From the NCBI GenBank assembly GCA_000934665.2, contig KZ538375.1, positions 56,851 through 76,850 of the forward strand: a stretch of DNA of 20,000 bases, read 5' to 3'. Below the pieces are notes generated by a model that was not told the origin of the DNA, did not search any database, and saw only the letters and a list, made by a program, of their open reading frames with translations. This document shows positions 1 to 13,778 of this stretch, piece after piece. Position 1 is the first letter of the stretch, and every line of letters begins with the position of its first letter. The translations under genes were made by a program, and so were the position numbers. Origin of the DNA: Catajapyx aquilonaris. Its lineage: Eukaryota.

Positions 1-23
1 TCCCATCCGGTGCGTCCATCCTC

Positions 24-692
24 CAGCTGACTTGGCGCCTTTCGTGCCAACACACCTGCCCAACACTTTATTATTCTAATCCCCTATATACACTCTTCAC
101 TTCCCCAACACATATACGCATCATACCCACAATAGATCCGAAATCTTCACACACGCTATTTTTTTCGGGAGGTTGTCGACACCTGCAACAAGTGCACAAC
201 TGGTTGATGGCCATTGGTGACAAAAGCATGGATTAATCATTTCCAAGAGTTCATGGCCATGGTAAAGGTGTCATATACGAATATTGGAGGTTGGCTCGTG
301 GGAAAATGTTTATGGCAGCAGGTAATCAAAGTAAATGGCGCGTGATTGTACAGCCCATTTTTTTTTATTTCCGATCCACTTGAGATGAGGATCACATATG
401 TCACCCCCCACATCCCACCCACCCATGCACCACACACGCACACATTCAGCCGGAATTTCCATCAGCATAGAGCCTGACGCATTGATTCTCGGCGCACGGG
501 CCACACACACCTGTTGGCCAATCCAGGTGCTGAGACCCACGTTGCCATGTCGACCTGCTAAGAAAACCGACTCACCTCCAGGAAGAAGAAGACAGATTTG
601 AATCCCCCCCATAACACCATACCACCTGCTTCCGCCAAAAACGCCACCTGGATTGGACTTGTTTCTTTTTTTTTTATTATTATTCGCAGGTG
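24..692. promoter_or_regulatory. E-box (CAGSTG) cluster, candidate proneural-responsive enhancer
   Basis: CAGCTG/CAGGTG/CACCTG at 24, 53, 180, 508, 524, 623, 645 and 687, plus Su(H) site CGTGGGAA at 297-304. Confidence 0.6.
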
Positions 693-1969
693 CCGCTTTC
701 TTGCGTGCGACAACAATTGGCGTTGAATCGACAAGTTTTTGGTTCTTGACCTCCGGTTCAATTATGTATGTCGAGGGTTTCGTCGAAACAGTGGGAGGAA
801 TTAGTTGGATGCATACCGTCACATTAACGCAGGGTTGGTCAAGTAGGGAAAAAGGGTCGATGAGCTGAGGGGTGTGTAGATCGATCTATTTTTTTTTGGT
901 GTCGTTCTAAGGTAACGCACGTATGAGTTTGGCAATACAGTTTCTGAATATAGGTTCGTGTGACCCGGTCGTGCCCGGGTCAAGTCGAGTCCGTCACGCC
1001 TACGTGGCATCTCGACCCGGAAGACCATAAAAGACGCACCCCGATGCACTTGTGCGCACACAGCTCCTTTCCTAATTAACCCCAATCACCCTTCCCACCC
1101 ATTTCAATAAAGTTCGTCTCTAGAGTTGTGTATCTCCGCATTGGCCACTCTGCAAATCACGATGGGCATTGGGAATCGATGTCTACAGCCAGGCTTTCCC
1201 CCCCATAAGCTCCCCAACGACTTCATAAGTAGATTGATGCGATAGGGTGACACCTGTGGCCTAGGAAAAAGAAGAGCCATGGACAGGCTGCCACTTCCCA
1301 CGAGAAGCGCCAAGAGGGGTTTTTTTTTGGACCCCATAGTAGGTGAAAGGGGCCGCCAATAAGATTGCGATTTGATGAAATATTTATATGTAGCAGCTGA
1401 GGCAACTAAGGCATGTGGGATTCACATTTTTGCGGTTTTTATAATTTTGGGCGATAGTATGTCACCCATACAACGAGTGTACAAAATTTCAGCTCTCTAC
1501 CTTGTGAAGAAGTTGTAGAAAAATAATTGACAAATTAACACTCTGCCGTATATCATAGCGGTACAGCAGAGACACCACCGGATTTTTCCGAACTTGAAGC
1601 TTCGTCCCCATCTTTTTGATCGCGACTGGAGCGAGTTACAACTTATCAATTTATTACACTCGTCCGAAAGTAAAGTGAGCCGAGCATTAAATGATCCAGT
1701 ATACTTATACACAGCTCATGAATTGCGGCTGTTCGTGTTTCCTAGAAGCATACAATGTACGCGTATCAGGTCCATAATTCATGGCAGCCCAGGGAATCGC
1801 GTTAATCCCAGCGAAATAAATACCGACGACTTGCGTCTTGAGCTATATATGAATTGATTGCACCTCGCATGACCTCCGATCGAACACCGGTACGCATTAC
1901 CTGCTTTTACCTATTCTAGCAACCTGCTGCGGGGGGGGGNGGGGGGGTACAGGGGGAGTAGAAACGGAA

Positions 1970-2335
1970 ACAGATTGGGATCGTAACCTATCGCAGTGCC
2001 CTCAGCTAATTATTGACCCTTCTCGCAACCACTAGCAGTCAATCTATCAGTACATGCCCGCATTTGGAGAGCGCCATAAGGAGCAAGTAAATGACGAGGG
2101 GCGTAGCCAGGTGTGAAATCCGTAGCCCACCTGGCCACGTGCGTCGGGGGCTGACTCGCGCATCCCCCCTTGTGGTGGTGGCCCAGAAGGCGTCCTGATT
2201 GGCCCAGGACACGAGACTCACCTTTGGGCCGCCGCCAATCCCTGCCGACGGAGATTGAGGTGAGGGTGAAGGAAGGGGGAGAGGGAGGAGGGGGGTGGGG
2301 GTGGGGGGGAGGAGGGCGATTTACCTGTGCCACTA
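1970..2335 (+). promoter_or_regulatory. Putative Gfi1/sens promoter
   Basis: CCAAT boxes (GATTGG ~1973 and ~2197, CCAAT ~2235), E-boxes at 2108, 2128 and 2136, G-rich tract 2275-2316, CpG-rich. Confidence 0.5.
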
Positions 2336-2434
2336 GTTGTACCCCCGAGCTCGACAGGCCCGCTCTTGGGGGGATTTTGCGCGGTCGACCAAATCTCGAA
2401 GATTCGCCTTTGATTTTGCGAGGTTCATTGCAAG
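2331..2434 (+). other. Probable non-coding first exon of Gfi1/sens (5' boundary approximate)
   Basis: Consensus donor CAAG|gtgagt at 2434/2435 downstream of a GC-rich CCAAT-containing region; no ATG inside; candidate acceptors ttcttctttcag (4402) or gctgcag (4433) just before the start codon. Confidence 0.55.
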
Positions 2435-4433
2435 GTGAGTACAAGATTTGGGTTTTTTTTTCACCTGGTGGATTTTGAGGGCGATAAGTTATTTCTCGAA
2501 TTAATTTTCTTCTCCGACGATGAGGTACACTTTAATTAACAAAGCGACGATGCTTAGCTGCGTTAGGGAAAGCTGTGCACTGTTATAGAAGTGAAATGAC
2601 AATTCTAGTTTTGCTTCGATTAGTTTGTGTTGATTGTCCTGGATTGGCTGTGAAGTGACAATTTTGGCATCGCTTTCCAGCACCCTTTTGGACATGTTAT
2701 ACCGTCACCAGCTATTTCTCAGCGACAACCGTGACCAGGATTTCATTTCCGTAGCTTTCGAGATTATTTGGCTCAACTGATAGCACGACATTTATTGTGT
2801 CAGTATCTCCTCCATTATATTTATGTTTTTATGAGTATCATTTTTGGGTCCGTTTGATCCGAAAATCTTATAGACAGAGTGATGTTGAGGATTCTTCTTG
2901 ATTCGGCGGAACATTGAGCCTTTGTTCCGAAGTTACATTGGCAGTGGTTTGGAAAAAGTTTTACGATAACTTGTGGGGCACATTGACAGCGATGTATTGT
3001 CGGATTAGGTTTAATGTTACAAGAACGAGCTTATAGGGATATCGCAGTACTCAGTAATGAATGTTACCAAAGTTGGTGGATGTCTTCAGTGCGTGGAAAC
3101 ATCATCTGGTGTCAGATATATGAAATGACCCTGAGTAACAGTTTAATTATGTGAAATTGGAGTGGATAAATGCTCGAAACAGACCAGCATAAGCGCTCAG
3201 TCACGGCTCCATTGTGACATTTCCGCACTTACGTAGATAGAATAAATGGCATCCAGTAGCCCACGACCACCGTATATTTTTGAAGCTCCAAATTCGCAAT
3301 AAAATTCATATAGGGTCCGACTTCTCTTTTTCCAAAGCACAAAGGCAAAAATTTGAACCTAAGCAGTTAATTTTATTTTAAATAAGAATTAACTTCTCTA
3401 ATCTTGCTGAGTTCAGCTGCTTGGTGTTTTATAAAATAGTGGCCACAGCAGGTACTGTACAACAGTAACAAACTTACAACAACAATAGCCTGTCAATAAA
3501 ACTTCTACACCCATTGTAAACAATATGCACCGATGAATAAAATGCAAATAAGGGGGTTATTACGTAACTTATACTTGCATTGTACGTAAAGCTTCTTAAG
3601 AAATAGCATTCGTATATTGTACTTATATTTGTGCAAAATCTGCAGCAGGATACGTGCATCAGGGTAGTGATTTAAACATCTTTTTCTCCAATTTCCGATA
3701 ATGCAGGTCTTGATTATCAGTTGGGAACCGCGATCCCATAAATTATACCTGCATTGCCTCGGTTTCCACATACGCATTCTGCTACTGTGATTGTCCAGAA
3801 ACCATTCATCAGAGGTAGACTACGCTGCATTGAAGTTCTGCGTGTATACCTCTAGTGTACACGAGCAATGTCCACATAGACCTAGTTAGAACATCCAAAT
3901 AGAATCAATAGCAGCCGCCTTCTTTATGCAGTAGAAACCAACATGTCGAGCTAAATATAATTTTGCACCGAAAGCCTTGATAAGAAATGTTATATCATAT
4001 TAGTCTGGGTCAAATGTGTTACATTTTGCACGGCTGTACAAACACCTGTCGTTTATTATTACATTGTTACCCAAAGCAAGCCCTCAAATATGCAGCAGTT
4101 ACACAATCGCTTTTTAAGATGTAATATAGAAAGCATCCCGCAATTGAATTACACGGCTGGTAGCATAAGCCCCCAATAAGAGAAGCCATGAGTCATCACG
4201 CACCATGAACAGTTAAATTGACGGAATTGAAAGCCCACCGCCAGGTTCCATCCCAGAATTGAGAAGAGTCACCGATCCATTTTGAACCGAGGCATTCAAG
4301 TGCAGTGACCCTTGACCAGGAGTTTGGGCCCTTTCGTGCTAATTGCCCGAGTCCCTTTCTCCGGGCCGTCATCCTTCACGCTGCCAACATTTCTTCTTTC
4401 AGTGGGCCCTTGCTGGTTGTGTTGGTGCTGCAG

Positions 4434-7665
<3,232 letters not shown>

Positions 7666-7781
7666 ATACCTCGCTGCTGGTGCATACCGTACTCAATATC
7701 ATCACCATAACGACTCACGCAGTATAAAAATAACATAAAAAGGCGAGAGTATTATTAGTCCAATCGCGGTTAAGTTTACAA

Positions 7782-7828
7782 GCCAAAGAGCCTATACCAT
7801 TGTACAGTTTATTTCAATTACACCAAAG
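7782..7828 (+). promoter_or_regulatory. Two miR-9 target sites in the Gfi1/sens 3' UTR
   Basis: CCAAAGA 7783-7789 (7mer-A1) and ACCAAAG 7822-7828 (7mer-m8) are complementary to the miR-9 seed CUUUGGU. Confidence 0.65.
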
Positions 7829-10330
7829 TCAAGCATTTTTGCTCTAGTTATTGTGGCATCTGTCGCGAGTGCAGGTGTTACGTTGATTTTAAACATAAAA
7901 AATTGCGGCGCAGCTGGTGAGAAAGTTGACTCTTTCAGAAAAGGCTGAGACGATTGTTAGAAAGTAGATGGATTTCATTTTTTTTGTTTTGTAATGTCAT
8001 ATTGCTATTTTAAAATTATTTTATTTTGTGTCGAGTTATATGCAAAAAAAATATTTACAAATGATAGGTTTTTTTTTTGTTAGCGTGAAAATATTAAAAG
8101 ACAAATGGTTAGCTTCAGCCATTTATTTAAGAAAAGGCATCGTAAGTGCATCTTATTCGATATGTAAATATGCGATTGAAATTTTATTATTTAAAACCTT
8201 TAACGAAACCTGAGGTACTTGATTAAAAGCGTCGAATGCTATAATCACGGCAGGTTCAATAGAAATTAAACAGTACCAGCTTGTTGCACGAGAGTGTATC
8301 ATTTCGATATGGGTGATTCATTACTGTATGACTGGTTGGTTTCAGTGGTTTCGTCGGTAATATTGCACTCTATACTGTACAGAGATGATAAACAACTAGA
8401 AGATATGAAATTAAGGAAATATATGCAACCTGCGGAACCATCAATTTTTGTTTATTGCATTTTTACCCTCTGCCAGCGTGATACCTTAATTTAGCTAAAA
8501 CTAGTTTTTAAAAATAGTGTAGGGCTGCCACTGGTTCTGATTGGCTCCTCAAAAAAGTGGTATATTGAATAAGTGAAGCAACCCCCTCGTAAATGTTTAA
8601 TGTGTGAAAGTCCCAAGTTTTGTGTATTCAACGAGCCAGAAGGTGATTTGATTTGTCTTCAGCCAGTTAGGGCCCTTTCCCACCCCCCTATTCCCCCCCT
8701 CTTCTCCCACATATTCCGTGCATTAAAAATCGGAGAGAGGGCGGTGTCACGCTAGTCACAAATGACCTGTGAATTTTTCATAGCAGACATCATTAATCGC
8801 CCTCCCCGCCCGCCTCTCCTCTGCCTAAATTTTTCATTGGTCATAAAGAAGGAAACGAGGGGATGGGGGGAGGTGGGGAAAATAATTGCGCGGGTCCACT
8901 TGCGCAACGGCGCAATTATGTGGTGGACAATTAACCTTGCAATTTATAAGCGAAAAAGGACACAGTGATGCATGTTGGCAGAGGTCCCTCCTGACCCCTC
9001 TTTATGGCGGATCCCTTGATTAATGTGCCCCATCCCCCCTTTAAAAAAAACAGGTGAGGGGGGGGGGGCATGAGGATAAATTGTTGAATTGTGTAAAAAA
9101 GTATGGGGACGCACAAAAAAATCTCTATACGCTGGCAACCCCTCTGATGGAGATGAATTTTTGATGCTCTGATTCAGCAATCCGGAGGTGCAAGCACGCG
9201 AGCTGCANAAAAAAAAAAAAAAAACTCGACACAACCTCTCTACTCTCAACACCATAGTGTCCCCCCTCCCATTCTTTTTTCTCGCCCCCCTCTTACGATT
9301 GGAGCTGTACTGGGAGTGGTTTGTTTACTTATTTATTCAGCGAGCATGTATATAGGGGACTCAATCGATGCTTTTGTTTCCTTCCGGGAATTGAGGCGGA
9401 TGTAAGAGGGACCTGTTATGTGCAAGCAATCTACCCAACTTTTATGTCACGGCCATGTAATGCTTGCTCTTTCAAAGTGGGTTGTGCGCTTTCAAACAGT
9501 AGCCTATACGCTGCAATTACGTGGCTTGACATGGCAAGTTGAATGTATGTATTGGTGCTGGGGTACAATATTAACATTGTTATAGAAGGGATTCGGTTTA
9601 AACTACAGTAGGCTTACGCACATATATCAGAATATTGCGTCATAAATTCCCGATAAGTAAATGAAGGTGAATGATTTATATTTATTGGTGCTTATCCGAT
9701 ATTTTCAAACATTGCAGTGCATGCAGGCATGCCTATAAGATCGGTGTGATGAGTACGCATGTAATGAAAATCAGACACAAAAATGTGTGTTTGAGCATAT
9801 ATACTAGTATGCAGCACTTCAGAAATATGGTATAGGAAACAGAGAGAATGTCGCCGCTTACAACAAGTACACAGTACGTTTACTGTTCAGTATATTGAGT
9901 GCATAATTTTATTCGTGAGATTCTATATCCTTTTCATTCACGAGCAAAAATATAAGTCGCAGTTCATTGTAATGAAATGAAGTTTTGCAACAGTGCATCA
10001 CAAATGAGGCATTACGCGTTAGATTCAGCAACATTATTCGCATTGCACTTATTTAACGTATTACTGTACTTCTAAAATCTGAAACGATATCATTTAGTGC
10101 AAGCATATTTCAATTGCCTTTTAGTATTATTGTTGGTATGGACTGTAACAAGTAATAGCTCACTGAAAAGACACAGACGTACAGTATACACAGTCAAGCA
10201 GCATTATTGACTATCTATTCAGTATAGTCGTATTTGATTTATTTGTGAGCAACAAACAAAAGGCGGATTGATCTTTGCGTGTACATTTTGCAGTCATAAA
10301 TTATGACCCCTTTGCCATTTTTCTTTTCAG

Positions 10331-10383
10331 TTAGTGTGTACTTGGTAGGTTAGTGTGTACTTGGTAGTTTAGTGTGTACTTGG
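10331..10383. repeat. 19-bp tandem repeat, ~2.8 copies (TTAGTGTGTACTTGGTAGK)
   Basis: Copies at 10331, 10350 and 10369 read directly. Confidence 0.9.
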
Positions 10384-10979
10384 AAACACTCCCTATTCGT
10401 TTGCTGATGATTGAAGCGTATTTTGTCCTCTTTGCCTTAAATTGCCAAGTGGTCCATGCCGCCTACCAATTATTATTCGACGTCATTGTGAGACCTTCCT
10501 TCCAGTGTACCAAGTTGCGTCGAAATCCTGGGTCTGCATGTTTGACATGACTCGCCTAATCCACCGGCAATTTGAGAGGCATGAGAGTTGAACTGGTTGC
10601 TAGCGGGTCAGGATGAATGAAATGCGCAGTTGCAACATGGCTGCCTCCACTCTGCCAGCTCCATCTGTGGAGGGGGAAGAGAGGGACCGGGACAGAGGGA
10701 ACGTGGGAACCGGACCGGAGCACGCCTCCTGGTCCGCGGCCACCGGGCATGATCAGAGCCTGCAGCCGGGGGAAGCCTGGACCAGACACTCCAGTCAAGG
10801 GTCAAGGAAGAGGGAGTGTCCCACACTCTCGCAGGTACCGGCTGAAGCAGCGCAGGGTGGGGCTGGAGCCTCTGCCCACTGCCACAGGTTGGACACACAC
10901 AACTGCGCAGCACACGGCCCGTTTGCTGCTGCGACCACGTGCTGGGAAGGAATAAGCCGGGAAACGCCCCCCTGCAAGG

Positions 10980-11092
10980 ATGCCTCGGTATGTCGGAAGC
11001 AGCGGGCTGCTGCCCCGCTCGCTCACGGAGTTCAGCCACAAGGACTACTGGGAGGAGTTCTTCAGGAAGAGGAAGCACAGGGGGTTCGAATG
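10980..11092 (+). CDS. METTL13: METTL13 exon 1
   Basis: MPRYVGSSGLLPRSLTEFSHKDYWEEFFRKRKHRGFEW; donor TG|gtatgg. Confidence 0.85.
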
Positions 11093-13778
11093 GTATGGCT
11101 CACACACTCGCACATCCTGGTGGGTATACTCATCATCACATCTCTCCTTCCACTTGCCAGGTACGGTACTTACCCACAGCTGTGCGGGATCCTGCACAAG
11201 TATGTGCGGCCAAAGGATGCCATACTCATTGTCGGGTGTGGGAACTCGGACCTGGGGTCGGACCTGTACGACGTGGGATACCCCAGTGTGACCAGCATTG
11301 ATGTTAGCAAGGAGGCTGTCAAGCAGATGCAGAGGAAGAATGGGACGCAGCGTCCTGACATGAGCTTCCGGGTGATGGATGCCTGCAAAATGGAGTTTGA
11401 AGACGGCTCCTTCACCTGCGCCATTGATAAGGGGACACTGGATGCCATCATGCCCGATGGAGGAGAGGAAGCCCAGACTAGGGCCACACGCATGTTTCAG
11501 GTCAGGGTCACATTCTTTTTCTATCAATGCACCTATTGGTTGTCATTATCAGAGATGGACAGACACATGTTTTGGTTCTCAGGGTGTAAACAATTTTTCC
11601 CTGTATCTTTCCAGGAGATTGAACGTGTCCTTCGTGTGGGCGGTCGCTACATGTGCATATCCCTCCTGCAGTCTCACATCCTGACCCACCTGCTAAATTG
11701 GTTCATACCACAGGGTTGGATGGTCCGAGTGTGCCGTTGCCCAGGGCCAGATGATGAGGATGACACGGGTCGGGACAATCTCCCGTTTCCTGTCTTTGCC
11801 GTAGTCTGCACAAAAATTAAACTCTGTGGGACTTCTCCCATACTGGAGGTGTCCTTACAGGAGTCCAGCGTAGTACGTGTCCAGACACAAGAGGAGATCA
11901 GCGAGTGGGTTGTGGGCCTGCAGCATTATGCGTTTGCAAAGCATAGGATGGGACTGCAGATACCAGAAACAGAGGTAATGACAATAACAAAAAAAACAGG
12001 GTCATCGTGGCAAACCACTTTCCTGCAGATGTTTGGGTGTTGAAGATAAAAGACCTTCAGTTTATATTACACGAGGTGTGAAACTAAAGCCATTCGTACC
12101 AATAATAATAATTGACCTTTAGGTGATGCAAGTGGACCTGATAGATGCAAAGTCTGACACTGAGGAAGTACGCTACACTCTCTACGTGATTGACCTCCCG
12201 AACTTGCCAGACATGGAGAAGCGGTTCGCCATATTTGTGGTCCCACAGGGTCGTGAGTGTGAGTGGCTCTTTGGGACCAATGAAGGGCGCCACCAGCTTG
12301 CCAAGAATGTTGGATTTGGCCGTCTTGTGATTGCACACCTGCACCGCAAACAGTCGTACAATGGATTGGATCAGATTCAGAAAGAACTCTCCTTAAAGGT
12401 GACATAACCTTACATTACAAATGTCAATTAACTGCTATTGGCCAGGTGACATTTGCTGTCTGCCAGTGGCTTTTACAATAAAACAAAAGTCAATATCAAG
12501 AAATCAGCATGTGTCTGTTGCTGACCCATCTGTAGATATTATTTGATATGTCAGTTAAAGGGGCAGCCTGTCTAATAAGAGGCCATTTCTAGACTCGGTT
12601 GTTGTAGACATCACGACATTTTAAGCTCTTAATTCTACAATTCTTTTGGGTGAAGGTAATGGAACTGGCACCTAATGGATTTCCGGCTGGGCTGACCGTC
12701 CCAATATTCTCAATTGGACCGGATGCTGGTGAACGCAACGTGATGTTTGAAGGGGAGAGCCCAATATCCGGGCCCCTAGTGGTGGAGGATGTGGCAGCTG
12801 CTGGTGATCAGATGTTGCGACGCATGATATTTCTAAAGAACCAAAATGTGGTGCAGTCAGAGGCCAGGGTGGTGCTTCCCAAGAAGAAGCCAAAGGGAGC
12901 TGTCAACACTAAAGTGGGGGCAGCGGGAGATCAACACGCAGACATGCAGTCCAAGGTGGACCACTCGCTCCTTTCATGCAACCACCACACCTTGATGGTG
13001 GCAGCCATGTCTAGGCTACCCAACTTCCAGAAACCCTCCAACATGTTACTGCTAGGACTTGGAGCTGGATGCCTTTCCTCATTTCTGCTCAAGTACTTTG
13101 AACAGGTGCTGTATTAATGAGCTTAACTCTAGGTAGTGAACTCAGTGCCTGTAATTATTCTACCCTCTCATTTTCTCAGCTTCATGTGACAGCTCTGGAC
13201 ATTGATCCACTGATGCTTACCATCTCTCGGAACTATTTTGGCCTTCCAACAAGTCCCCAGTTGGAAGTGGTCATACAGGATGGACTGGAATTTCTCCAGG
13301 AGTGTTCCAAGAATGGACAGCAGCAATATGATCTCATCCTGTTTGATGTGGACAACAAGGATCCCAACCTGGGGATGAGCTGCCCTCCAGCAGAGTTCGT
13401 GGAGGCTTCAACTCTTGAGGCAGTCAAGAACTGTCTGAAGCCTGAAGGTAAGGTGTCTTTCCCTGTGTATTTCAAGCATGCATTCTGATGAATTTGGATT
13501 TTTCAGGTGTGTTTGTGTTGAATCTGGTGTGCCGGGATGCATCCCTTCGTGCCCCAGTTCTAAACCGTCTTAAGGAAACCTTCAAGGGGGTTTGCTCTTA
13601 CAAGCATGAAGATGAGGTGAATGAAGTCTTCCATTGCACCTTCACGGAAGAGCCGGAGATGTCATCTGTACGGAGGGGCTTGGGGAACCTCAACAAGTTC
13701 ATGGCCCGTAAGAAAAAGAAGGGGACACCCAAGATCCTTGATGTGAACAAATTGATGGACACACGTCAGGTCTTCTAA
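10980..13778 (+). CDS. METTL13: eEF1A lysine and N-terminal methyltransferase (METTL13/eEF1A-KNMT); exons 10980-11092, 11161-11500, 11615-11974, 12123-12398, 12656-13105, 13180-13447, 13507-13778 (~692 aa)
   Basis: Hallmark sequences LLPRS..EF...DYWEEFF...FEWYG.Y..LCG.LHKY, ILIVGCGNS, DKGTLDA, RVLRVGGRY.CISL.Q.HIL, FAIFVVPQGRE.EWLFG, VMELAP, and a second SAM domain LLGLGAG ... DIDP ... DLILFDVDNKD..LGMSCPP. Introns are GT-AG with consistent phase; total 2079 nt. The start codon is the least certain element. Confidence 0.95.
11161..11500 (+). CDS. METTL13: METTL13 exon 2 (N-terminal MTase motif I)
   Basis: ttgccag|G TAC GGT; ILIVGCGNSDLG; CAG|gtcagg. Confidence 0.93.
11615..11974 (+). CDS. 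METTL13: METTL13 exon 3
   Basis: tctttccag|GAG ATT GAA CGT; GAG|gtaatg. Confidence 0.9.
12123..12398 (+). CDS. METTL13: METTL13 exon 4
   Basis: cctttag|GTG ATG CAA; FAIFVVPQGRECEWLFG; AAG|gtgaca. Confidence 0.9.
12656..13105 (+). CDS. METTL13: METTL13 exon 5
   Basis: tgaag|GTA ATG GAA CTG GCA CCT (VMELAP); CAG|gtgctg. Confidence 0.88.
13180..13447 (+). CDS. METTL13: METTL13 exon 6
   Basis: ttttctcag|CTT CAT GTG; DLILFDVDNKDPNLGMSCPP; GAAG|gtaagg. Confidence 0.92.
13507..13778 (+). CDS. METTL13: METTL13 exon 7 (stop)
   Basis: ttttcag|GT GTG TTT GTG TTG AAT CTG GTG TGC CGG (GVFVLNLVCR); TAA at 13776-13778. Confidence 0.92.

Noticed and set aside
237..2695. Numerous 60-170 aa ORFs on both strands upstream of Gfi1/sens
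   Set aside because: No recognisable domains; low-complexity translations of homopolymer and GC tracts in regulatory DNA
8520..9142. TAGGGCTGCCA ... TGGCAACCCC as possible hAT terminal inverted repeats
   Set aside because: Match too short and imperfect; no 8-bp TSD found
10581..10955. Short ORF-TGA-ATG ORF arrangement suggesting readthrough or an antizyme-like frameshift
   Set aside because: No TCC-TGA shift site and no recognisable product; a further in-frame TAA at 10953 precedes METTL13
10980..10997. METTL13 N-terminus MPRYV resembling a SNAG start (MPRSF)
   Set aside because: Only three residues match and the FLV core is missing; coincidence
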